Source of the DNA: an uncultured delta proteobacterium
GTDB taxonomy: Bacteria > Desulfobacterota > Binatia > UBA9968
Length of the DNA: 64,000 bases
Reading direction: 5' to 3'
Assembly: GCA_963840855.1 (NCBI GenBank)
Contig: CAWJBB010000046.1
Coordinates: forward strand, 96,001 to 160,000
In this document: positions 28,738 to 36,859 of the stretch, in pieces
Position numbering within the stretch: position 1 is the stretch's first letter
Layout of the letters: the number at the start of each line of letters is the position of its first letter
The notes under the pieces: model-generated
Databases searched by the model: none
Told to the model about the DNA's origin: nothing
Seen by the model: the letters and a program-made list of their open reading frames with translations, nothing else
Made by a program: the position numbers and the translations under genes

Positions 28738-29602
28738 GAAGACTGCCCTGGAATACGTGGCGATGGCCGATGCCGTGCGCGATTTCGCCAAAGGCATGGA
28801 CGCGCAGACCGAAGACGACTTTTTCCCTACCGGGTTTCGGTCGCATGATTTAGCCCTCGGGCGGCTGCGCCGCGGATCCCTGACTTTTGTTGGCGCCAGG
28901 ACATCGATGGGGAAAACCGCCCTCATGCTCAATATGGCGCTGGCGCAGATGAAAGCGGGCGTACAAGTCTATTTCTTCACGCTCGAGATGCCGCGAAACG
29001 ATATGATTGCCCGCCTTGTGAGTATCGCAACCGGCATTCCCCTTTTGGATATCCTGCAAAATCGTGTTGACGAGAAACAGGTACGCGAGATCGGCGGCGC
29101 CCTACCGATTCTATCGCCGCTTCCTGGGAATTGGACCGAAGAGGGAAACCTAAAACGAATCGGCGAACTGTTCAGCCGGATTGAACCGAAGAGCAGAAGC
29201 ATCGTTTACGTCGACTTCCTGGGGCTTGTGCAAGTATCGGGACTAGACGCAACGCAGCAATACGCTGTGACGACCGAAGCCGGGTTATCGCTGAAGCGCG
29301 CCGCGATGGGGCTTCAGATTCCCGTGGTGGCCGGGGTGCAATTGAATCGCCAAGTCGAAGCCCGAAAAGAAAAGCATCCGCTTTTGTCAGACTTCAGGGA
29401 TAGCGGCCGGCTCGAAGAGATTGGCGATGTCTGCCTTGGGCTCTATCGCCCGGGCTTTTATGACAAGAACGCAGACACGGAGCTTCAGGTTTTTTGCCTG
29501 AAGAACCGTAACGGCCCGCGCGTCAACTATGTTTTGGAATGGTACGGACCATGCGCCAGGGCGACAGAGAAGCACAAACTGTCATGGCCGGAGGTTGCGT
29601 AG
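28730..29602 (+). CDS. DnaB-like helicase, C-terminal domain only
   Basis: PTGF..D, GARTSMGKT, LEM, QLNR, FRDSGRLEE.GD, LKNRNGP. Confidence 0.88.
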   Translation: MPEKTALEYVAMADAVRDFAKGMDAQTEDDFFPTGFRSHDLALGRLRRGSLTFVGARTSMGKTALMLNMALAQMKAGVQVYFFTLEMPRNDMIARLVSIATGIPLLDILQNRVDEKQVREIGGALPILSPLPGNWTEEGNLKRIGELFSRIEPKSRSIVYVDFLGLVQVSGLDATQQYAVTTEAGLSLKRAAMGLQIPVVAGVQLNRQVEARKEKHPLLSDFRDSGRLEEIGDVCLGLYRPGFYDKNADTELQVFCLKNRNGPRVNYVLEWYGPCARATEKHKLSWPEVA

Positions 29603-29606
29603 GTCG

Positions 29607-30359
29607 ATGCAATTCCAGGCGCCATACTCTCTTGTGCCTTTCGGTGAGCTTGCCTTACGCTTTCATCCGGACCACCTAGCCGACTTGCGGGCGTCGGGCT
29701 TGAGCGATGACACGATCCGGGCGGCCGGCGTGTATTCGATTCGCCCGCGCGACATCGCATTGTTTTTCAATTTGCGCCGCGGTGTCCCCTCTGAGATTGA
29801 AAGCGCTCTTTGTTTTCCGTACCAGGGCAGCGACTTCGCCCGACTGAAACTTTTTCCGCCAGTCGGAAAAATGAAATACTCGCAACCGCCAAAGACCGGC
29901 GCGCGTTTATACATGCCGTTTAAAATCGGCGACGGTCCCCTCTACGTTTGCGAAGGCGAGAAAAAAACCCTCGCGGCGTATCAGGCTGGGCTCAACGCAG
30001 GTGGCATCGGCGGCGTCTGGAATTGGCTAAGCGCCGGGCAACCTATCGACGATTTACGGTTGATTGACTGGGACGGGCGCGAAGTAACGCTGATTCCTGA
30101 TTCCGATGTATTCAACCGCCCGGACTTGCTTCGCGCCGTCTACGCCTTAGGGCGCGAGCTGCAATCCCAAAGCGCCCGCGTTTATGTTGCGCAGATCCCA
30201 CAAACCGGCTCGGCAAAAGTCGGGTTTGATGACTACTTAGTTTCGGGCGGCAAGGTTAATACCCTTGAAGTCTTTTCCTTGAGCCACAGCATTTTCAGGC
30301 GGCTTAGTTTTTGGCACAGCGAATGGAAATTCAAGAGAGCGCTAAGAGAGGCGGCATGA
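29607..30359 (+). CDS. DUF3854 / TOPRIM-like primase-related protein
   Basis: Close paralog of 19003-19755 (CEGEKK, PDSD, GFDDY). Confidence 0.8.
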   Translation: MQFQAPYSLVPFGELALRFHPDHLADLRASGLSDDTIRAAGVYSIRPRDIALFFNLRRGVPSEIESALCFPYQGSDFARLKLFPPVGKMKYSQPPKTGARLYMPFKIGDGPLYVCEGEKKTLAAYQAGLNAGGIGGVWNWLSAGQPIDDLRLIDWDGREVTLIPDSDVFNRPDLLRAVYALGRELQSQSARVYVAQIPQTGSAKVGFDDYLVSGGKVNTLEVFSLSHSIFRRLSFWHSEWKFKRALREAA

Positions 30360-30480
30360 TGGCGGCGGGGAATCGTAGAGACACCATAGAGACACAGGTC
30401 AAAAAGGCCAATGAAAACGCGGGCACAAAGCAGGGCGCAATATAAGCAATCCTGGGGCATTCGACGCGGGCGGGCGTGAA

Positions 30481-30771
30481 ATGAGCGAGCAAGCTAACAA
30501 TAGAATGCTTGTGACGTTGACGGTTGACGAACTGCGCGAGGTTATCCGGGCGGAAGTAGCGGCATCGAAAACAGCCGTTAAGCTACTTTATACGACCGAT
30601 GAAGCCGCCGAGCTTTGCAACGTCAAGCCGTCATGGTTGGCATGGGCCGCTAGAAACGGAAAGGTAAACTGCCGGCGCCTGGGACATAACGTGAGATTCG
30701 CCATTGTAGACTTAGAAGAGCTAATCGAGCAATCAAGGGCCGCGGGTGAAGAGGCGGAAAGAAAGTGCTAG
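30481..30771 (+). CDS. Excisionase-family HTH_17 protein
   Basis: LTVDELREVIR; LYTTDEAAELCNV...LGHNVRF. Confidence 0.8.
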   Translation: MSEQANNRMLVTLTVDELREVIRAEVAASKTAVKLLYTTDEAAELCNVKPSWLAWAARNGKVNCRRLGHNVRFAIVDLEELIEQSRAAGEEAERKC

Positions 30772-31098
30772 CACTCAAGGCCGCCAGAGCAGGTGGTCTT
30801 TCCTTGACAACCCCGTAGCAGTTGAGGTAAGCGAGGGCATTATTATAATGCCGACCGATTCTGGTTAGGCAATATCTGTGATCCAGTTTCTTTGAGCCCG
30901 ACCGGCTTCGTGCTAGTCGGGCTTTGTATTTAAGAGGGGATGCCCATGTTTGCCAGAGGCCCTCCGTTTATATAGAGAAAAGATTTTTTATCGTCGGCAT
31001 CTCTAAGAAGAGTCGGTGGGAGTACGATTCATTTACTTCTTTGCGCGAGCGGCTCAGTATGAGGCGCACCCACCATAACGCTTTAAAGGAGGATGCTC

Positions 31099-31980
31099 AT
31101 GGAGACTATAGAAAGTTTGCGTGACCGCTTAGAGGTATTAGAAAATCAGACCCATGCCCTTGCAGACCAGACACGTGCTGCTGAACGACGACTGCATTGT
31201 TGGCGACGGATTGCATATGGCTTGCTGATAGTGGGGCTGGTGAGCTTGCCACTGGCGTCGGGCATCACGGCGCAAGACGAATCGTCCGAGTATAGGGGGA
31301 TGAGGAAACGCCTCGCCGCCCTTGAGTACAAGCTCCAGTATATCAGTGGCGGTCCCAATGAGGTTGTCATCACTGGAGCGAACCTGCGGATCGTGAATGG
31401 CCTCGGCGCCACGCAAACCACCAACGGCTTGGGCAACCTGATCGTGGGCTATAACGAGCCGCGTCGAGTAGGGTTTCCGACCGTGCGCACGGGCTCGCAC
31501 AATGTTGTGGTAGGAGAAGCGCACAACTTCTCCCGCTTCGGAGGGATGGTGGTCGGGTTTCAGAATGAGATTAGCGGCGACTTCTCGTCCGTGAGTGGGG
31601 GGCTGGAGAACACGGCCAGTGGTGACTGGTCGTCGGTTAGCGGGGGACCTCACAACAGCGCCATCGGAACCTATTCGTCTGTCAGCGGAGGGCACGATAA
31701 CACCGCTAGCGGCCCCGGCGCCTCCGTGACTGGGGGGAGGAACAATACCGCCAGTGGCATTGAGGCCGTGGTTAGTGGGGGCCCTTTCAATACGGCCAGT
31801 GGCCACTGGTCGTCGGTTAGCGGGGGGCAGCAGAACACGGCTAGAGGAGAACGGTCCTCCATCAGCGGCGGGGAAGGCAACGAGGCGAGCGGGTTCGTCT
31901 CCTCGGTCAGCGGCGGACTCCAAAGGACCGCTCCCGGGACAAACAACTGGGCGGCTGGCCCCCTCTTCGCCGCGCAGTAA
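31099..31980 (+). CDS. Membrane-anchored protein with 14-aa SSVSGGxxNTASG repeats (beta-solenoid)
   Basis: Coiled coil and TM, GLGNLIVGYNE, about 8 repeats with 42-nt period; AAGGAGG SD. Confidence 0.8.
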   Translation: METIESLRDRLEVLENQTHALADQTRAAERRLHCWRRIAYGLLIVGLVSLPLASGITAQDESSEYRGMRKRLAALEYKLQYISGGPNEVVITGANLRIVNGLGATQTTNGLGNLIVGYNEPRRVGFPTVRTGSHNVVVGEAHNFSRFGGMVVGFQNEISGDFSSVSGGLENTASGDWSSVSGGPHNSAIGTYSSVSGGHDNTASGPGASVTGGRNNTASGIEAVVSGGPFNTASGHWSSVSGGQQNTARGERSSISGGEGNEASGFVSSVSGGLQRTAPGTNNWAAGPLFAAQ

Positions 31981-32224
31981 GGAGTTGGCGCACAAGTGAA
32001 TGGCCACAAGAACTGGGCCGAATATCACGAGGGAGGGGTCGAGCGTCAAGCGGCTCCTCCTTTGCGACTGCAAACAACACGGAGCGTAAGCTTCTTTTCC
32101 CAGTGGCGGGACAAACTGTGTTGACGCACAGCCCGCCCGTTTTTATTTCAGTCTAAGTAAACGGATTCGTTCCTGCCTCACAAAATTTGAGCCCGCCGGT
32201 TCCTAACCTGAATCGGCCTGTTGG

Positions 32225-32570
32225 TATTTCAATGAGGCTGCCGAGCTTTGCCGCGTTAATCCATCACTCCATTACTCCAACTGACATCCTTCATCGCAGT
32301 CCTTCGAGGTGGGTTTTGAAGTCCAGCGGATTTCACCAGGTTTTCTAGTGTCCCTAACTTTGAACGTTGAACCGAACTTTCGCCACTCGAAGTCTTGCTT
32401 CAGGGCGCCGATTCAGGTTCAAGCAACGGGGAAAGTGAAGTCATCATGGTTGGCATGGGCGGCGCGCAGCGGAAAAGTGAACTGCCGGCGCCTTGGGCAT
32501 AACGTAAGGTTCACCCTCGAAGATTTGGAAGCACTAATCGAGCAGTCGAAAACCACCGGCGACAATAAGA
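32225..32570 (+). pseudogene. Interrupted second copy of the excisionase gene
   Basis: YFNEAAELCRV at ~32225, a ~175-bp insert, then VKSSWLAWAARSGKVNCRRLGHNVRF...LIEQS, matching 30481-30771. Confidence 0.7.
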
Positions 32571-32582
32571 GAGAGATAGCGA

Positions 32583-32611
32583 TTGACATTCCACTCTTAA
32601 AATTATACGGT
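32583..32611 (+). promoter_or_regulatory. Sigma70 promoter for xre-int (element 2)
   Basis: TTGACA-N17-TACGGT, 7 nt before ATG 32619. Confidence 0.55.
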
Positions 32612-32618
32612 GAGGATA

Positions 32619-32804
32619 ATGATAGGCAAGCAGCTACGGGATGCAAGGCGCTATCTGAACCTTACACAAGGTGAGCTAGGCCGCCAATTGGGCATCCACT
32701 TAAATACGATTGCGCGCATGGAGCGCGACGAGTTAGCAATAGCGAAAGTCGTCGAGCTTGCCGTCAAATTCCTAACGTCCAAAAAACAAAGGGGGACACG
32801 CTAA
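32619..32804 (+). CDS. XRE-family HTH transcriptional regulator
   Basis: LRDARRYLNLTQGELGRQLGIHLNTIARMER; TAATG overlap with int. Confidence 0.85.
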   Translation: MIGKQLRDARRYLNLTQGELGRQLGIHLNTIARMERDELAIAKVVELAVKFLTSKKQRGTR

Positions 32805-33982
32805 TGGCAATCAATCAAACAGCGGCGGGGAAATGGGTTGTTGACTGGTGGTTTTTCAAGGATGGCAAGCGAAAGCGCAAAGAGAAAACCTTCGGCAAGA
32901 AAAAAGATGCGACGGCGTTTTATGAATCGACGCGGAGCAAGGTTAGAGACAACGAATACACGCCACCGTCGAAGCATACGGTTAAGGAAATGGCGGAATT
33001 GTACCTAGCAGCGACGAAGGCGAAAACCAAAATTCAAACACACGCGCAGTATAAGCGGCATATCGACGGCTACATCGTGCCGGCATTCGGCGAGCGGCGC
33101 ATGACCGAGCTAGGCTTTGAAGAAATAGAAGAGGCGGGGCGCAAATGGGCCAAAGAGAAGAAAATCAATCCGGTATCCGTCAATAAGATTTTCCGCACCC
33201 TGGGCGCCGTCTATAGCTACGCCAAGAAACACGGCGTCAACTACAATCCCATGACGAGAGTGGACCGCCAGCGTGATAACAAAACCCTTGAGGCGATAGA
33301 GGCCGAAGCGATCCGGGGCTTGACGCAGGTTGACGACGACGGGGCCGGCGACGGGCACCTACGCGCCGTGGGGCCGCACGAAGTCTACAGCGCAGAAGAG
33401 GTAAAGAAACTAATCGACGCGAGCGCGCCGGGCCTTGAGCGGGCGCTGCACATGACCGCGGTTATGACCGGCATGAGACACGGTGAGATAAACGGACTGC
33501 AATGGGATAGGGTAGATTTCGAGAAGTCGCGGATTTTTGTTTCACGCAGTTTGACCGAGCTTAAAGGCGGGGCGATCATCGAGCGGCCAAAGAGCCGGGC
33601 GGCATATCGTTATTTGCCCATGACACCCATGCTAGTTTCAGAGTTGAAGCGGTGGAAGTTGCAAAGCCCGGTAAACGAGCTTGACTTGGTTTTCGCCGAT
33701 CCGTTAGGCAGGGCATTGAACCGCAAGGCGAACAATCGGCGCCTGAAGCAGGCGGCCACGCGGGCGAAGGTCAAGGCGTTGTCGATGCACAATCTGAGGC
33801 ACACATACGCGAGTCAGCACTTGATGGCGGGAACGGCGCCAGCCGAGATTTCGCAGCTAATGGGCCATGCCGATGTCGCGATAACTTTGAAGGTTTATTC
33901 ACACTGGACGCAAAGAGACTATGCAGGCTCCGCGGCGGCGCTAGAATCGCGCTACTTCGCAAGCGCAACGGCGGGCGAATGA
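32804..33982 (+). CDS. Tyrosine integrase (intact)
   Basis: TGMRHGE, HNLRHTY, MGH and ITLKVY give the full catalytic set. Confidence 0.95.
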   Translation: MAINQTAAGKWVVDWWFFKDGKRKRKEKTFGKKKDATAFYESTRSKVRDNEYTPPSKHTVKEMAELYLAATKAKTKIQTHAQYKRHIDGYIVPAFGERRMTELGFEEIEEAGRKWAKEKKINPVSVNKIFRTLGAVYSYAKKHGVNYNPMTRVDRQRDNKTLEAIEAEAIRGLTQVDDDGAGDGHLRAVGPHEVYSAEEVKKLIDASAPGLERALHMTAVMTGMRHGEINGLQWDRVDFEKSRIFVSRSLTELKGGAIIERPKSRAAYRYLPMTPMLVSELKRWKLQSPVNELDLVFADPLGRALNRKANNRRLKQAATRAKVKALSMHNLRHTYASQHLMAGTAPAEISQLMGHADVAITLKVYSHWTQRDYAGSAAALESRYFASATAGE

Positions 33983-33983
33983 A

Positions 33984-34067
33984 GTCTCTAAAAGTCTCTA
34001 CGAGGTCTCTATAACCTGCGCAAATGTGGGGTAAGGTAGGATAAAAGAAAAGTGCAAACCCTTGATT
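33984..34067 (+). repeat. attR2 arm: GTCTCTA x3 plus an IHF site
   Basis: Heptamers at 33984, 33994 and 34005; 34055-34067 reverse complement AATCAAGGGTTTG fits the IHF consensus. Confidence 0.7.
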
Positions 34068-34116
34068 TTTCAACACTGGAAACGTACAGAAAAGACTGGA
34101 TAATCGCTCCCGCACA

Positions 34117-34159
34117 ATTCCTAATCCTGGGGCCGTGAGTTCGAATCTCGCCGGGGGCA
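34117..34159 (+). other. Orphan 3' half of tRNA-Arg(CCT) = attR of element 2
   Basis: ATTCCTAATCCTGGGGCCGTGAGTTCGAATCTCGCCGGGGGCA; 4 differences from the intact tRNA, with T-stem pairing preserved. Confidence 0.93.
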
Positions 34160-34205
34160 ATTTAAAAGCGTAAGATCGTAAGCTCTGATTGGGAGGGAAG
34201 TTATA

Positions 34206-34946
34206 ATGCCGTTATCGGGTCAAGCGTTTGTGAAAGAAATAGAAGGAATGGTGCAGAAAAAGCACTCGAAAGATCATCCGATTATTGGCATGATCGAAAA
34301 CGGCGAGCTGACGCGCGAACAATTAAAAGGTTTCGTCGGACAGTTCTATCTCTTTTTCCCAAAGCCGTTTCCCAAACCCATCGCCGCCATGCTCAGCCGC
34401 TGCCCGGATGATCCCGAGTTGGAAAAGATGTGGATCGAAAACGTCGTCGAAGAGGGAACCGGCGAGATCACGGGCACCGATAGCCATAAAGGGCTTTTCA
34501 TTCGATTCGCCAAAGCTTGCGGATTTTCTCGGGAAGAACTCGATAAGGTTGAGCCTACGCCGGAAGCCCAGGCGTTTCTCGACTGGCGGGAATTGCTCAT
34601 GTACCAGCGCACCTGGCTGGAGCTCTTTGCCTGCCAGGGATTTTGCCTCGAAGGGACGGCGAATCCGCGCATGACCCGCATCGTCAACGGTCTGACCAAG
34701 CACTACGGCTTCGACCGGGAATCGGAAGATATCCGCTACTGGACGCTACATATGGGCGTTGACGAAGAACATATGAAAGTGGGACCGCTGACCGTGGAAC
34801 GTTACGCCACGACGGACTTTCAGCAAAATCAAGTGCGCGCCGCCGTGCAGAAGACGCTGGATCAGTTTTGGCTCGCCTTCGACGGCATCAAGCGCGCGTT
34901 CGTCGACAAAGATCCGCTCTACGCCCGTTGGCGCAACGGAAATTAA
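34206..34946 (+). CDS. Heme-oxygenase-like diiron enzyme (CADD/PqqC/TenA fold)
   Basis: ENVVEE...H, CLEG and YWTLHMGVDEEH metal ligands. Confidence 0.8.
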   Translation: MPLSGQAFVKEIEGMVQKKHSKDHPIIGMIENGELTREQLKGFVGQFYLFFPKPFPKPIAAMLSRCPDDPELEKMWIENVVEEGTGEITGTDSHKGLFIRFAKACGFSREELDKVEPTPEAQAFLDWRELLMYQRTWLELFACQGFCLEGTANPRMTRIVNGLTKHYGFDRESEDIRYWTLHMGVDEEHMKVGPLTVERYATTDFQQNQVRAAVQKTLDQFWLAFDGIKRAFVDKDPLYARWRNGN

Positions 34947-34959
34947 GGAGGTTGATTCC

Positions 34960-35616
34960 ATGGAACTGGTCGATCTCTCGCGTGTAATTTATGACAGCAT
35001 GCCGAAGATTCCCATTTTGCCCGACGTGCACGTGCGAAAGTTTTTCGACTTGGACAAGGGACATCCACTCAACGTCACCGAACTGTCGCTGCCTTGTCAC
35101 GCCGGCACCCACGTGGACGCGCCGATTCATATCGTCCCAAACGGCAAGTCGATTGAAGAGTTGCCGCTGGACGCTTTCGTCGGCAACGGCGCGACGATCT
35201 CCGTAAATAAGAGCGGCGGCGAGGAAATCACCGCAGCCGACTTGGAAAACTCCGGCGTGCCCGTGAATAAGGGTGATATTTTGATGTTGCACACGGGTTG
35301 GGACGCGAAATTCGAAACTGCGGATTACAACATGCATCCCTATTTTTCGGTGGACGCCGCGGAGTGGATGGTCAAGAAGGGGATCAAGATGGTCTGCATC
35401 GACTGTATCACGGTGGATTTGCCGACACCGCTTCGTCCCAAAGGCTTTGCATTTCCGGTTCACAAGACGCTCCTCGGCAACGAAGTGCTAATCGCCGAGA
35501 ACCTGGCGAACATCGGCAGCATCGTTGGCAAGAAGACCCGGATCATGGCGTTGCCGCTGCGCGTTAAGGGCAGCGATGCGGGACACGCGAGAATCGTCGC
35601 GGAGGTTTTGAACTAA
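34960..35616 (+). CDS. Cyclase family protein (kynurenine formamidase-like)
   Basis: HAGTHVDAPIH, LHTGW, VH..LL....IAENL. Confidence 0.9.
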   Translation: MELVDLSRVIYDSMPKIPILPDVHVRKFFDLDKGHPLNVTELSLPCHAGTHVDAPIHIVPNGKSIEELPLDAFVGNGATISVNKSGGEEITAADLENSGVPVNKGDILMLHTGWDAKFETADYNMHPYFSVDAAEWMVKKGIKMVCIDCITVDLPTPLRPKGFAFPVHKTLLGNEVLIAENLANIGSIVGKKTRIMALPLRVKGSDAGHARIVAEVLN

Positions 35617-35621
35617 ACGTC

Positions 35622-36590
35622 ATGGCAGCCACGAAACCGATCAAAGGAATCATCGGCGCCTGTCTGACGCCGTTCGACGACAACGACAGGGTAGATTACA
35701 AGGCGTTGGAAAAAGAAATCGAGTTTCTCGTTCCGGATTGCGACGCCGTAACCATTGCGGCCGTCGAAGCCGCCGAGTACACGATGCTGTCGCGCGACGA
35801 GCGCAAAGAAGTCTTGCGCGTCGCCACGGAAATGGTAAATCACCGCGTCCCCGTCATCCTCGGTTGTTCGAGCCCGTCGCCAAAAGAGGTCATAGAATTG
35901 GCCGAATACTCCGCGAAAGTCGGCGGCGATTTTGTCCAGGTCCTCATGCCGCTTCGTCCCTGGGGCGGCCAGCCGACCATCGCAGAATTAATGGAGTTCT
36001 ATACTCAGGTGGCGACCGCGAGTCCGCTGCCGGTGACTTGCTATCACAACCCAGGTCCAGGAGCCGATCCACCTCAAGACGCATTCGTCAAAATCAGCGA
36101 AGTCGACAATATCCGCTATTTCAAGGAAAGCTCGCGAGATATTACAAAAATATCTAGACTCATTGAACAAATAGATCTCGCAGGGCGTGGACATTACTTC
36201 ACCACTATGCAGCCGCTGTTGATTACTTTGATGCTCGGGGGATCGGGCGCCACCATGCCGCCGCCGGGCACCAGGATCGGCGCGCAAGTGGTCAGGGCGT
36301 TCAGAGCCGGCGACCTGGATCGAGCGCGTTTCTGGGCGCGTTGTTTCGCGCTCTTCCCTGGCAAGTGGGCCGCTTACGGCCTGCCGCCGGTGATGAAATC
36401 GGCAATGAAGCACTTCGGTGTCGATATCGGCAATCCGGCGCGCCCCTACGCGCCGGTGAGCCCGCGGGACCACGCGCAAATCGGCCAGTTTCTTCAACAG
36501 GTCGGTTTGATTGGGGAAGCCGGGCCGACACCGCAATCATTGCTTGACGCCGGCGAAAAGCTGCGCCAGGAAGACACTTTTCTGAGATAG
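35622..36590 (+). CDS. Dihydrodipicolinate synthase family aldolase/lyase
   Basis: LTPFD...VD, YHNP, Schiff-base Lys in YFKESS. Confidence 0.85.
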   Translation: MAATKPIKGIIGACLTPFDDNDRVDYKALEKEIEFLVPDCDAVTIAAVEAAEYTMLSRDERKEVLRVATEMVNHRVPVILGCSSPSPKEVIELAEYSAKVGGDFVQVLMPLRPWGGQPTIAELMEFYTQVATASPLPVTCYHNPGPGADPPQDAFVKISEVDNIRYFKESSRDITKISRLIEQIDLAGRGHYFTTMQPLLITLMLGGSGATMPPPGTRIGAQVVRAFRAGDLDRARFWARCFALFPGKWAAYGLPPVMKSAMKHFGVDIGNPARPYAPVSPRDHAQIGQFLQQVGLIGEAGPTPQSLLDAGEKLRQEDTFLR

Positions 36591-36859
36591 CTAACGGGTA
36601 TAATTCTGAGTGCGGTGATAGGCCGGAAATCAACGCTTCGGCGAAGTCTTATATGGAATTTTTAAAGCACCTTTCAGATGAATTTCTCATCTGGTTTCTT
36701 AAATCTACTTCCGGCTTCGGGCGAGAGCTGACGAGGGTGGGCCGGCACGAACAGAACTTGTGGCGCGAGCGCCGGCTGCGCGATCTCAAAGGGTTATCGA
36801 TCATGTCAAAACAGCGCTACTCAAAAAAAACGGACCCGGTGTAAACAGGGCAACCGGCA

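Larger units (their letters stand above)
22719..34159 (+). mobile_element. Integrative element 2 (phage-satellite-like, ~11.4 kb), bounded by a duplicated tRNA-Arg 3' half
   Basis: tRNA 3' half repeated at 34117-34159; GTCTCTA arm repeats at both ends; intact integrase; rep/dnaB/DUF3854/terS/xis/xre. Confidence 0.9.

Noticed and set aside
31580-31930. 42-nt periodic repeats as a possible CRISPR array or DGR repeat
   Set aside because: They are in-frame degenerate codon repeats of a 14-aa protein motif with no unique spacers; no cas or reverse transcriptase gene is in the window.
3414-34116. A single complete prophage or ICE
   Set aside because: No capsid, portal, TerL, tail, lysis, relaxase or T4SS genes; two integrases, two replicons and two arm-site sets indicate two small elements.
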